A stretch of 64,000 nt of DNA from Octopus vulgaris (GCA_951406725.2 OX597821.1:45756001-45820000); one strand, 5' to 3'. Counted from the stretch's first letter, positions 24,318 to 38,662 are shown. Numbers and translations are program-made. Notes: a model not told the origin generated them from the letters alone.

Positions 24318-26596
24318 TATATAAATGTTAATAAGTAATGAATCCGTTGTTAATAACATTTCTAATTTTGGCTCTGGTCCGCACTGTAGAGATGTGTATA
24401 GTCAGTTGGTCGATACATTGTCGAAATCTTCTTATGGATTTTGGAGGCATGAAAGCAAAGTTGAACAATATAGGATTTTACTTTGGACGTAAAGTGACGT
24501 AATTCATCACTGTTCGCTGCATCTCTATGATTTAAGTGATCTCTATCCTTTGGTAATTATTGAAATTATTAATTGCACCTAAAATTGCATGGAATTGTTC
24601 GATCGCTAAGTTAAATATTGTTTAATCGCAGGGGCAGTGTAGAGTTATTTTCATTGCTTTGTAAAGGAAATAAGTTTTATTAACTCCATAACGTTCATTG
24701 TTAACGCTTCCTTTGATGTCACATCAAGCAGAAAATGTAATTTCTTCATCAGCAACAAAAGTAGCCAATAAATATACTGGAAGACACTCTAAAATACTAT
24801 TGTTACATATGTAATTATTTTTAGTAGCATTGCATAGTTTTTAATTGGTTTAAAATCTAAACGAGAAAAGAATCTAGACACAAATAGAAAATAATTTCAG
24901 TATACAAATACCGTTACGTAATGTTTCAAGATACACACATACATAACAATGAACACGCACATACACACATATACACATACACTCAGATATACAACACACA
25001 CACACACACAATCATACACACACACGTATGCATAAAATAGTTTCCATCTTAGGTTGATTGGAACGAAATGGTTGTACGTTAATATCAATTAAATAACTGA
25101 AACTATGTATGACTGCGATATTCCTTAATGGCCCAATTACTTTGTTCCTATTTTTAATTGCCATTTTCAACTTTTTCACTAATCGATCGTGACTCTTCAC
25201 ATGTAAATATGTGAAAGTGTGTGTATGTATGTATCTGTGGAGAGGGAGAGACACTGAGAGAGAGAGGGAGAGGGAGAGAGAGGGTGAAGGGGAGCGATAG
25301 GGTGAGGGAGAGACACTGGGAGCGAGAGTTAGAGAGAGAGATAAAAAGAAAAGTTACTTGTTGCATTGTTTTTTTCTTGATTTTTAAGAACCCGACATTT
25401 ATGAATCTGGTTTTGCGTGTGATAAAAGAATGTTATTTTAAAAGAATGTGATAGATATTTTTAACGAACTTTATCTCGTTATGTTGAGAATCCATTATAA
25501 CTATTAAAGATTGCTTTATAATAAATCGGTTTACTTTTACCATTTCGTTAGAAGCTCGTTTATTAAATAAAATAAGGATTTTCGTATGCTTCTTTTGTTT
25601 CTCAATGATTGTGAACACGACCTCAAGTACTGTTGGACTAAAATATTTCTCTGTGAAGAACAATCTGTTAAGAGATTAAAATTGTCAAGACAGTATTGCA
25701 TGCAATTCTGGTGAATTTGAGACATTGTCTCTTTGCTAATTAAACACTCACTTGAGATTTTTTTCATCAGCTTTGAAATGATAATGCCATATTACTACCA
25801 TAAAGTGTTTCATATGGAGGTGGGAAAGATAAATGGACTCTCTCTCTCTCTCTCTCTCTCTCTTTAATGTTGTTGTATTGTAATGAAAAGAAAAGCTTCA
25901 TTATCCAATATTTTTAAAAATCACTTTTAGTCTCCTCTAAAAAATAACAATGGTTGCTGGAATTCGAGCTAACAGAGAATTAGCAAATATAAATAATTGC
26001 CTAACTGTGGTGTTCCAGCATGACCACAACTTCATGGCTAAAACGAATAAGAGAATAAAAGAATATCTTCAACCAACGTTAACCACTGTAAAATAAAATC
26101 ATAGATTTATTTCTCATGCAGCTAATGTTTGCATTGCCTTTTTACATCATTAATCATGAAGAGAGAGAGAGAGTGAGAGAGAGAAAGAGTGAGAGAGAAA
26201 GACAGAGAGAGGGAGAGGGAGAGAGAGAGAAGTGAGACAGAGTGTGAATTAGCATGGTACTTGGAAAACAGTTTGAGGCTTGTGGCTTATATTTCTGTCC
26301 CCGGTCAAGTTACTTAAATATCAACAGCTAACCTCACGTAGCTCCCTGCACTTCACCTTTATATAACCCCCTTCTGTAACTAGTTGCAAAATAACGAAAG
26401 AGACTACTGATCATCGTCTTTGAAACTGAGTTCAATTCTTCTCGTATTCAGTTATCAAGTTCTTGTAAAAAAAATTTAGGCTCTCTGTACAAGAGAACAT
26501 TTGTTTATCAGTTTAATGCTTGCAGAAAAATGGACATAGTGCGTCGTGTATATTTGTGACGTGACAGACCATTATAATATTAGCAGTAGCATTATA

Positions 26597-26821
26597 CAGG
26601 GTTGGCCAAACGTCACCCGACAGTAAATCAAAACCATTTAATTCCATTATGTTTAACAAATGAATGATTTTAATATAAGCATCTAAATATGAAACATCAT
26701 TAAAATTGTTCAAACTGAAGCCCTTCTTGAGTGAAGCATTTTTCCTTTCAAGTCAATACAGAATTACAGATAGTATTTATGGAACTTTGATTTACAGTCG
26801 GGTGACTTCTGACCAACCTTG
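26597..26821. mobile_element. Tc1/mariner-type MITE, 225 bp
   Basis: ~36-bp TIRs: CAGGGTTGGCCAAACGTCACCCGACAGTAAATCAAA versus CAAGGTTGGTCAGAAGTCACCCGACTGTAAATCAAA. TA dinucleotides on both sides. Confidence 0.9.
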
Positions 26822-27477
26822 TATGTAATGTACGATGTTTGAAACCATTATTTTATGATTACAAAGTATGCAAACTCATTTTCCCTCAATTACAGAACCT
26901 CAAACTTTTAGTGAAAAACAAATAGAGAGTCGTGATATTTAACTATGATTCACTGGGATGAGTGGTATAAATAAAGTGAAAATATTCCCAGTCTGAAAGA
27001 AACTAAAACATATTGTGATTAAACTCATGAAGATTATTCCTCTTATACATCAATGGGCATTAAGTTCATGCAAAGACACACACATTAAAAATAATAACCA
27101 AGATGTGTGATTTTCAGGACAATTTATTACGCATATTCTCAAATTAAAATATTGACCAACTTATTAAATTAGCTCGCCTGGACCTTCGACTACTTTGTGT
27201 AGATGGTGTTGTGTTGAGATAAAATTAGGATAAGTCAGATTTAAAGTCTTGCTTTAACACTAATCTTGCACGATTTGATTTCTTGTTGGCTGTCTGGTGA
27301 AGATATACGAATAGTGTATAAAATTCTTGTAATAATATAGGTCAAGAAAAACTCGAAACTAGAGTTAATGAAATGATTAAAATTGCAGTAAGTGATAAAC
27401 TAGAGGAATGCAAGAGTTAAAATATAAAATGGAAATGTTTAAATTTGAGGGGAGCTTCGACACATACACATGGACAT

Positions 27478-27481
<4 letters not shown>

Positions 27482-27516
<35 letters not shown>

Positions 27517-27536
27517 ACACAAATGCATACATGCTT

Positions 27537-27598
<62 letters not shown>

Positions 27599-27613
27599 TT
27601 GTGTGTGTGTCTC

Positions 27614-27656
<43 letters not shown>
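27482..27656. repeat. (TA)n/(TG)n compound microsatellite
   Basis: Directly visible. Confidence 0.95.
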
Positions 27657-27658
<2 letters not shown>

Positions 27659-27739
27659 GCTCCTTTCAAATGCATATATGAATATAGTATAATCTATATT
27701 AACTAAAATATTTAACATTATAAATCATGTCAACAGTAC

Positions 27740-27949
27740 AAGCTATATGCACTAAATATATCTAAGCAAGAAAGGCCAGCACACTGTCAAACAAGATTCC
27801 CCGAGACAGAAAAGTTCTCATGAGATGCAGGTCATAGATCTCAAAGCGGCTGAATAGGCTGAAGGATAGAGAGAAGTCTATCATAAGGACACTACTAGAA
27901 ATTGAAAGCAAGATCAAACTCTCTCACGAAAGGGAAAGAGCAGAGTAGA

Positions 27950-28006
<57 letters not shown>

Positions 28007-28700
28007 TTGTAGAAAGCATAAAAACAAATCCCAAAGCTGTTTATAAGTTCGCAACCGAAACAGCCACAATACGATAAAAAATAGGACCATTGTTCCAAGG
28101 GAATGACTCCCTGACGGTGGACCCTTTGATATTGCAGCTCTAAAAAAGGAGGCGCCAGCCATCGATTACATCAACATTGAGGAAGCCGATGTAACAGCAG
28201 TCATAAATGAAATGAGCTCATTTCGCTTTAGCGAAATCACTTCAAATACTTTTCCAAAGTTTCCTTGTCAGTGGTATACTTCCTAAAAAGATGCAAGCAG
28301 GCATTATATGCCCTATCCACAGGAGCGAATCATCAGAAAGAAGTTGATAATGTTCCTAGAAGAAAACGACTTACTGAACAATACTTACTGAACAATCGCT
28401 TCCGTCCAGGAAGAAGCTGCCTCACACAGTTTCCACAGTATGATGACTGTGTTTTGAAGCAGCTACTTGGCCATTCAGATGTCACTGTGATACACCTTGA
28501 CTATGTAAAGGCATTTGATAAGGTAGGTCATGGCATAAGTCATTAGCTACGAAACGTCGGCATTGCTGGTAAACTGGGAGAGTGGTCGCATGGCTTCCTT
28601 AAAAACAGAAGGGGCCGTTACTGTTCATAATAGCCCCCTTAGATATGCTCACGGTCACTCGGACAGCTATTCTCACTAGCTATGCCGATAATACATAATC
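27740..28700 (+). mobile_element. CR1-type LINE remnant with internal deletions
   Basis: FRPGRSCLTQ, HLDYVKAFDKVGH and YADNT. Homologous to the reverse complement of 46640-48770. Confidence 0.75.
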
Positions 28701-29134
28701 TATTATTTTATTTCCCCATCTAAGATGATTGGATGTAATTTAAGGGAGATTTGAATGCTTTTTTTTAGCTGCTTAAACAACTACGTAGAGGTCATCGACA
28801 CCGACAGAGATCAATTACACGATACAGAAAAAATGCAGATAGTTTTGGAATAAGGGGTTGCTAGTCAGTTAACATCTGAAATAAGACACGAAGTAATAGT
28901 TAGTTGAATATATTGACGTTTAATGTCTAGCTCAAGGCTGAACCTTTTGAAGTAATGGGTGATGTCAATTAAATTAATAAGTACATGGCTATCTTAACGA
29001 CCCCGAAATGAGGAAAGATAAAGTTGGCTTCAGTAGAATTTGAACTCAGAAAGAGACACAACTCCTAGGAAACATTTCCTCCACCCCTCACTTCATGAAT
29101 TCGTCTCAATACGTTATGTATGGGATTCAAGAAG

Positions 29135-29320
29135 GTGATGAACTGGCAAGATCGTTAGCGCGTTGGACAAAATGCCTAGCAGCATTTCTTTCGCATTTCT
29201 TCAAATGCCGCAGAGGTTGACTTTGCCCATCATCTTTCGGGGTCGATGAAATAAATACTACTGAAAACAAGGTCGATGTAATCCTCTAACTAAAATTGCT
29301 GACCTTTCGCCAAACTTTGA
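29135..29320 (+). mobile_element. SINE, same family as 3190
   Basis: GAACTGGCAAGATCGTTAGC...GTTGACTTTGCC..GGGGTCGATGAAATAA. Confidence 0.7.
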
Positions 29321-29413
29321 GATCTTTTTCTATCACATACAAGTAGTTCGTATGTTAACACTCTTAACGAACTTTAATATCCAGTTTACTGCCTTGTAAA
29401 ATTATATTTAAAA

Positions 29414-29415
<2 letters not shown>

Positions 29416-29508
<93 letters not shown>
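29416..29508. repeat. (TG)n(GA)n microsatellite
   Basis: Directly visible. Confidence 0.95.
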
Positions 29509-29512
<4 letters not shown>

Positions 29513-30685
29513 TATGTTATAAAGTATGTTTCGCAACCAGGTGATTCTAAATTTGATCTCACTGCTGCACTTAATAGACAAGTGTTTGTTAGCCACAAGT
29601 TGAGCAATAACTTGTGAATGGCATTTGACTGATGTAAAACCCTCGAAAGTGGTTTCCGGCATGGTTGCAGCCAACTAACAGAACCTACTACAGGAATATG
29701 TTAACTGGTGCTGATTTGCTCCTTAATGCTTATAACAGTCTACGGACCTATTTAAGTTTCTCGCATTTAGTTTCTCAACTTCTGTATAATGATTTTTTAC
29801 ATTGGTACAAGGTCAGATATTTTAAGAGTTGGGTGGCGTGGTGGAGGAATAGGTGATTGCTTCAACTCAATTATTTTAGTCGTGCTTATTTTATAGATTC
29901 CGGAATGATTAAGGGTATGTTGACCACGTCGGTATTTGAACTCAGAACGTAGAGATACTTAACACAACATCGTAAGACATTGATACGAAACTCAAAATCG
30001 TAAGGCTTTTTCTCCAACACTACCGACTATACTAATTCACTGTCCTCAGCTTCTGCATTATGAAAACTTTATGTCTGTGAAACATTTTACTGTGCTGACT
30101 CTGCGTTAGAACATATTGCTGACCTTCAATTGTTAAAATCTCATAAGCAATGTCAATCAATTTTAACTTTGAATTTATTTGCTGGTTTATATTTGCTAAA
30201 CATGTTGGGATTACTTTCGTTTAAGTAGTACATTAAATGCAAATATATTATTCACTTGCTTTGTTTAACTCCAAAATATTATAATGAGAGTATTTCTATA
30301 GTTAATGTTCAATTCATGAGTATAGTGCGTGTCGAGTTTTTCAAGCTGATACTTTAGATGAAAGATGAAACTTCAAACATTCATAATATCTACAGTTGTT
30401 GGAAACCTTTGTGTGAGCATGAGTATGTCATTGTGAGCGTGTGTTGGTGGAGCTCGCGTGCGCACAAAGTTGATCTGCATTAAATTCCCATTTGTAACTA
30501 TCTCCACATTGAAAGTGCATCAATATCGCTTACTCTCATTTCCTCTCAAATGAAAAATTCCAGTAATCTCGGCATTCGTAATTTTTCCTTTTTTTATTTT
30601 GCGAATCGACGCAACAATTCGGTTTCAAATTTCAACTCTTTCTTTCGCTTTGTTTAATAATGTAGTTCAGACTTTTCTCACTTAC

Positions 30686-30794
30686 CTCTTTTTAACTTAA
30701 ATACTTTTCAAAGAAATTATTTTTCGTTTTCCATGGTACGTATTTGGAAAGAAGAAACATGAATTTTTCTTTCTGATGATCATGTCCTTATAAA
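30686..30794 (-). other. Candidate non-coding exon, 109 nt
   Basis: Minus-strand acceptor TTTTCCCTTCACTTTATTTCTATGCAG and donor GAG|GTAAGT. Stops in all three frames. Confidence 0.3.
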
Positions 30795-31135
30795 CTGCAT
30801 AGAAATAAAGTGAAGGGAAAATGAACGAATTTCAACCAGGAATCAACATCAGGAAGAAAACCTTGGTTCATCTGGAACTTTATAAGGCTGGATCTTAATA
30901 ATGTCTAAATTCTGGATTATTGGCTAAAGCATACATAGAAGAAAGAAATGCATTTCCTTCATTGCTCTAGCAACATCATTGTGACTCGCGAAAGCAAGTC
31001 AGAAATTGAAATTGACTATTCAGTTACTGAGAGCTCTTCTCTTTATAATGTTGTATATAGAATCCATAAAAACCTAGTATCTTTCTTCATCAAAAGTTTT
31101 ACATAAGTGCACAACTCCTCTTTTTTTGTACTTAT

Positions 31136-31172
<37 letters not shown>

Positions 31173-31799
31173 CACACTATTTTAACAAGGATAAGGTTGA
31201 GAGAAGCTTTGAAGTTTCAACGCCACCACTGAGGTCACTGTCTTGTTTAAAAACAATAAATATAATATTGCCATATTCAGAATAAACACACGCACACCTT
31301 GCTATAGTGTTCTATATCTGTTGCTTGTTACATTTTTAAAAATTGTTACTATGACACTAAATCTTTCGTTTATAAAATACGTCTGCATACATAAAAAAGA
31401 GAAACTGCTGCTTGTACATTTGGAGTTTCCGAAGGTAGCTGCATACAGAAATAAATATAATATACACGAATAAATATAAATATACACAAATACGTTGCTT
31501 CTAAACCCATTGATATTAGAAGTTAAAATAAACTGGATAAATCAACACATTCTTGGCAGTGATATTGCCCATTAAATGAGCTCGTGTCGCTGCCAAGAAG
31601 GAGTTCCACACACACACAGACACACAAACGCATACATACAGACAAAGACACACACACACATAAACCTATATACGTGTATATATATATATATATATATATG
31701 AGTGTGTGTGTGTGTATAGATAGGCAGATATGTATGTATTTATGTATGTGTGTGTGTTCTCATACTCTTTTCAATTTAAAGTAAATGTCGACCAGCCAC

Positions 31800-33320
31800 C
31801 TACTTGGTAGCAAGGGAAAGCATCATATTTTGTTCATCTTTTAAATCTTAAGATTGTTATAGTACCTGATATCGTGGTTGTTTTAGAGCATGAATTAAGG
31901 ATTTGAGATCTCTTCTTACGATCCCAAGTTCAGCCATACTTTGCTGCAGATAGGTTGGTATGTATTCTGTTGCTCCGATAGTAATAGGTATGAAGTTGAA
32001 AGTGTATCTCCTTATTAATGTTCCATAGATGTCCTCTTTCTCTTGTATTTTTCTAACCTCATTGGTGTCCAGAAAACGACTGATTTCCACAACAGAGCAT
32101 ATGTTCTCCTTGTGATCCCACACAACAATTTCTGACCAGTTGTGTTTTAACTTGGTGGCCGTTTTAATTTTTAAGTTCCACCGATATTCTTTTGATCCAT
32201 CGGTTCCAATATAGTCAGCTTCATCTGTAGGTGTTTTCTCTTTGGTTATTCTCTTCCAGATCATTTTGGCCACAGCATCGTGCTTCGTGGGAAGATAATG
32301 TCTGGCAGGCATTCTTTCAGTTGACAGTAATGTGGTTGATGTCTTCAGTCGTGGTATTGCACAGCCTACATCTGTTGTCTGTCAACGTTTCCTTTCTCTA
32401 ATTCTGTAGGCACTTGGTAGGGATCTCTTGCTCTTGATCTGCATGAATTGCATGAATGTAGCATTCAATGTGTGATATCGTAAACGTGTCGGTATTTGAC
32501 ATGATCAATTCCTTCTATGCCAAGTACCCATGTACTCTCTTCTCAGTGAACTGATCAATTTTTCAAAATTTTGTTCTTCTGATTAATAGATTTTCCCAAT
32601 CCTCTTTAGTTCTGTATCAGCTCATATGCCTCTTCTCAGGCTCATTAACTATACTTGTTATGTTATTGGTTTCATAGTTACTAACTTAGGCAAGAGTTTC
32701 TTTTCTCTGCTGCAGATGTTTCGTTGTTACAAAACATTCTTCATATGACATCATTACAGATTTGAGACCACGACCACCATAACTTGCGAGGGATATATAG
32801 CCTATCTACATTTCCATTGATTTCGAAGGTTCTTGTAACACTGAGCAGCTTGCGAGTTCGGACGTCTATCTCATTGAGTTCTTGTGGTGACCAATTCAGA
32901 AGGCCAAATGTAGGCGTGAGGACAGGCACTGCAAATGTGTTGTGTGTAATATACTTGTAAGCTGAGAGTTCAGATGTGGTTCCCTCCTTATTTATGGGTC
33001 CATCATGTCTGATATTCTCATTTTGTACAATATATCTATGACTGTCACCTGACTTTTAGAAGTTGTATTGTCAAGCCGTTCGTTTTCAGGTTTTCAGAGA
33101 GGGACACAACTTAAACCAAGTTTCATTGTAAAAAAAATGCACATTTGGATTTACCAAATTTCATTCCTATGTCTGTAGAAAATTAGATAATGAGGCCCAA
33201 TTGCTTTTTTATATGATTTATATAGCCCATACTTTTTATATGGTTTTATATGGCCCATACAGTTTCAGATTGTCGACAAAGAAAGCGATGTGAAATACTT
33301 CTGAATCCATTTCTATGACC
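31800..33320 (-). mobile_element. Decayed R4/Dong-like LINE
   Basis: FVDNLKLY, PVLTPTFGLLNW, DRLYIPRK, YLPTKHDAVAK, KHNWSEIVVWD and PITIGATEYI. Confidence 0.8.
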
Positions 33321-33368
33321 ACTATGTTATGTGAGCAGGTATGATACTGGATTTAATGAGAGGACAAA

Positions 33369-33600
33369 GTATGTATGTATGTATGTATGTATGTATGTAT
33401 GTATGTATGTATGTATGTATGTATGTATGTATGTATGTATGTATGTATGTATGCATGCATGCATGTATGTATGTATGTATGTATGCATGTATGCATGCAT
33501 GTATGTATATATGCACGCACGCATGGATGCAAGCATGCATGTGTGTGTGTATGTATATATGTATGTATGTGTGTATGTATGCATATAGGCGCGTGTGTGT
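33369..33600. repeat. (GTAT)n/(GCAT)n microsatellite
   Basis: Directly visible. Confidence 0.95.
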
Positions 33601-33916
33601 TGAAAGTAATATAATTTCCCCATCGAAGTGACAGTTTAGAAATTTAAAGAATCACAAAAACAGTTAAATTACTTTTTATTTCTTTCTTCATCGTACTGTC
33701 AATTATGAAGTGTCGTGATGCATCGTCGAACGTCTGTTGCAGTGGAATTGTATCAGTGATCAAATGATAAAACCGGGACAAAATTTTCATTATAAACTGT
33801 AGCATTATTAAGGAATTAACGGAAAGTGAAATAAGTTTTTCTTTGAATGGCTAAATACCACTCGCACGATGTAGTTGTTTGTTTGTTTGTTTACTTGTGT
33901 GAGTGTGTGTGTGTAT

Positions 33917-33960
<44 letters not shown>

Positions 33961-34551
33961 ATATTGATTTTTTTTCTCATTTAGTCGGAGAAAATATTGT
34001 AGACACTAATAAATAATTCTATTTTATATCGTTCGTCCTGACTACAAGGAGATGAACATCAGTAATTATCTAGTTTATATTTGCTACTTGTCCTTACTGT
34101 CTACTTTAATTTAATAGAGGTCATTGATTTCCACTCACGTTTTGCAGTTCTCTGATAGTTCGAAGGTCACAGACAAACTTTTATCTATTTATTGCCATAT
34201 TTCTACTTGATCTTCAGTTAAGTGCTACGTCTTTGCATGTTGTCTGTACACGGACATTCGAAATCCATATGCATATACTCTCAAACTATTTATGAATTGT
34301 TTTATGTTTATATGGCTCTTATACATACAATACGTGTGTACGCGCATATACATGGCTATTCAAATATGACAAAATCACCCATACATTGACAAGTTGACAT
34401 ACACACATACACACAAACATATATATACATGTATGTATGTATGTATGTATGTATGTATGTATGTATATATATATATATATATATATACAGATAGATAGAT
34501 ATGTATATATATATATATGTATATATGTGTATATATGTATATATATATATG

Positions 34552-34614
<63 letters not shown>

Positions 34615-34701
34615 TGTGTGACCCTTCTGTCCGGCATTTGCCATGATAGATCGCTAGCCACTACACATTCTTTATTATCTCTCCTTGTTTCTTTTTGTGT
34701 T

Positions 34702-34740
34702 TCTTTCTGTGGAAGAGCGTAGGCTCGAAACGTTGTGAAC
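34702..34740 (+). ncRNA. Degenerate minimal hammerhead motif
   Basis: CTGTGGA-A-GAGC gtag GCTC-GAAA-CG-TT. One core mismatch; the 3' strand of stem I pairs poorly. Confidence 0.45.
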
Positions 34741-34766
34741 TCTCATTATATATATGCACATATATC

Positions 34767-34906
<140 letters not shown>

Positions 34907-35233
34907 TATACATATGTATATTTCTGTATGAGTTAGAGGTTAAGAAACTCTGTAAGGGATATTAAATATCCAGTATACTACTGGATGCGTACCTAATCAT
35001 TTATAACCAAGTGCTTATTATTGCATGGCAATATGGCAATTAATTGGGTATTAGGTATGGGCAGGGGTAAATTAGAAATTTACCCACGGTTTATAAGTCA
35101 AATAAAAAATTGAGAGGATGTACAATCGAAAAATATCAGCCAGTAAACGTTCAATTACATCTATTTATTAAATGAATACAAACATGTGTGAGATACAAAT
35201 TGACGAATGAAATAAGTCAATAGCTGCATAAAC

Positions 35234-35396
<163 letters not shown>

Positions 35397-35969
35397 AGAC
35401 AGAATCACCCTCAAGTAACTTAATCATCACTGAACGACATTATCCACGCTAGCTACATATATGACTAAATATTAAAATTATCAAATTAATACCTTCAATT
35501 CTTATTCTAAATCATATACTTTACATTTTATAGACTATGTCCGTTTCCTGACAACAAATTCCTCGATATTGCTGAAATAGAAAGTCTCGAAATACAATAC
35601 CATATTAAAACGATTATATTGCCAATCTTCAGGTCTAGATTATATGAACTTATTTTGCTGTTTACATCCTATATAAAGACATGACAAACTAAAATTATAT
35701 AACTAGAAGTTTCGGTTGACGACATGTTTCCATTATACAGTATAATGGAAACTCGATGTAAACCGCAGCCTGCGGAAATTCCTCCTGAGTGTGACTTTAT
35801 TCGTCTATTTATCACAGGATGGAATAACATTTTTTATATTAACACCTTAATTAAAGTCCTTACCTTACCTTTCCTTACACTGCCTTTCACATTATTTTAT
35901 TTTATTTTATTTTAACCTACTCTTTTTATTTAACTGACTTTCACATATGTTAGTTCCATAATATTTAGA

Positions 35970-36101
35970 CCCTCTGAAGAAGCCTAGGAGCACATGCATT
36001 ATTGTAACCCTGTCCAATGTCTGTTCATCCCTGTATATCACAGACAGGATGATGTTAACTTGGAAGATTTTGTTGCCTCATAGTAGAAACGGCCGTAAGG
36101 G
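35970..36101 (+). ncRNA. Type I hammerhead ribozyme motif with ~105-nt stem II region
   Basis: CCCT-CTGAAGA-[105 nt]-GAAA-CGGCCG-TA-AGGG. Confidence 0.65.
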
Positions 36102-36280
36102 ATTAGTACCTGTACACTCATCAATTCTTCTTCATATATAAATATACATATTACTTGCATAGCATGTGACCTGATCTGCGATCGTGTGCTGGAACGAAAA
36201 TAATTGCAGCATGGAAGTGTTTATAAGCCATTTAAGAAGCACACAAAAACCGTTAGATTCACTTCAACATTTAAATTTAA

Positions 36281-36331
36281 TTTACCAAAATATTTTCGTC
36301 GCTTTGAGACCGCCACCTGTTCATTAACAAA
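36281..36331 (-). ncRNA. Hammerhead-like motif, non-canonical core
   Basis: Minus strand: TTTGTTA-ATGAACA-G-GTGGC ggtctcaaa GCGAC-GAAA-ATAT-TT-TGGTAAA. Confidence 0.45.
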
Positions 36332-36360
36332 ATTCTTTGCTGCACACACAATGCACACTT

Positions 36361-36412
<52 letters not shown>

Positions 36413-36570
36413 GTTATTGACTTTTTCATTCGTTAATTTGTATCACTCACACATGTTTGTAATCATTTAATAAACAGGTATAATTGAATGTTAACTGGCT
36501 GATGGTCATCGATTGTGCATCCTCTCCATTTTCTTATTTGCCTTATATGTATATATATATGTATATGTAT

Positions 36571-36685
<115 letters not shown>

Positions 36686-36740
36686 TATATATATGTATAT
36701 ATATGTATATATGTGTGTGTATGTATATATATGTAATGTT

Positions 36741-36785
<45 letters not shown>

Positions 36786-37166
36786 ATATATATATATACG
36801 CATATGTATATGGGTATGTATATATACATCTGTATATATATGTGTGTGTATATATATGTATATGTGTGTGTATACATTTATATATATATGTATATATACA
36901 TATGTGTATATATATGTAAATATATATATATATATATATGTGTGTGTATATATACATATAAATATATGTATACATAAATATACATTTACGTGTATATATA
37001 CATATATGTGTATATATATATACATATATGCATATATATACACACATATATGTTTACATATGTACACGCACACACATATATATGTATATATGTATGTATA
37101 TGTTTGCATATATATCAAATATATGTGTATGTAGGTATATATATACACACACACGCACACATATGC

Positions 37167-37211
<45 letters not shown>

Positions 37212-37214
37212 TAT

Positions 37215-38354
37215 CAGTGGCAGTTCGTGTATAGGCACTCTCTTACTGCAGCACCCCATATTTCCACTCAATATTATCGATAACGTTCAATATAATGGGT
37301 CCTTTCTTCTTTAATTCTTTCTTCATACTTGTACGTTATATAATTCTTAATCTTAGTGCCAGTAGCCATCCCCTTGTTTACGAAAAAGATATAAAAATCC
37401 TTGTATAGAGCTGTGCGCTTCACTGTTCCAGCCACGCGGTGTTTGGTTGTTGTGCGCATGGTCACATGTTAGAGATAGGAATCTTCACGGTAAGGAGAGA
37501 GACAGAGTACAGTTTCGACCCCGGTGTTCCGTTGAACGATAGTGTTTTTTTGTACTTCCGTGTGTTGTGCTTAGAAACGTGTTAATATTCTTGAATTTGA
37601 TGAAGCGTAGAATTACATTATTATCTTGCTTCCAACTTCTGTGTTGCTGCCAGGATTTGAAAAATGGGACGCATACCCTACCCTCATTTTGTGATTTAGG
37701 GAGATTTTGAAAACCCAGAGTGAATTCACGGCGGTGTTCAGTGGTCAAATTAATCACACTACCCGGCAGTGGCTAAAATGCGACCGATAAAGTTTATGTA
37801 TACATTTTTAGCAAGACTTCCTTTTGTATCTCACCCCCGAAAACCCCGGTTTTTATTCTATTTTATTTTTTTCTTCACAAAGCCCCGTTTTCGGCTACGG
37901 AGAATTCAAATCTGCAAAAAAATTTGGCAAAAATCGGTATCCCTCCCCACTCCCAATTTCTTCATTTTTTTTTTTTTTTTACCTTTTTCAGGGCTTTTGC
38001 TTTTCTTTTTAAAATCTGCGGAAAAATACGGAGATTATGATTCTGAAAAAAATTTCCAAAAATTTTTGTAAAATTTCAGACTAAAAAAAAAAAAAAATTA
38101 GCCCTCCCCATCCCCTCGCAGAAATTAGGGGCGGGAGGGTAGCGAAATTTCAAAATGCCGATTTTTGGCAATTTTCCGGAATCTCCGTATCCGAAAACGG
38201 GGTTTTTTGGCAAAAGGGGGTGGGTGGAGGGACGGGAGAAATTCTTTCCAAATTTTCTTTTTACATGTTTGTGTCCTTTTACACAATATTAAAACAACGG
38301 CTATAAATTTTCTGAAGCAGCACCCCCACTAATTTTATCTACGAGCCGACACTG
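37215..38354. mobile_element. Non-autonomous hAT-like DNA transposon inserted in a TA-rich array
   Basis: Termini CAGTGGCAGTTCGTGTATA versus CAGTGTCGGCTCGTAGATA (reverse complement). Subterminal GCAGCACCCC at both ends. The 8-bp flanks are ATACATAT and ATATATAT. Confidence 0.6.
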
Positions 38355-38504
38355 ATATATATATATATATATAAAGTACATATAAACACCCACACATTAA
38401 ATTTTAAAACTTCTTTACACTCGTACAAATAGGCTCATCGATACATACTTCTGTAGAAAATGCGGAAATACTTCGGAAGAAACACGGTAATACAGAAGCG
38501 CACA

Positions 38505-38505
<1 letters not shown>

Positions 38506-38579
<74 letters not shown>

Positions 38580-38594
38580 GTGTCTGCCTGCCTA

Positions 38595-38662
<68 letters not shown>

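Noticed and set aside
25433-25800. Minus-strand ORF fragments, possibly a transposase relic
   Set aside because: No motif that I can assign with confidence.
34921-34960. CTGTATGA...GAAACTCTGTAAGGG
   Set aside because: Needs a core insertion, and stems I and II are very weak.
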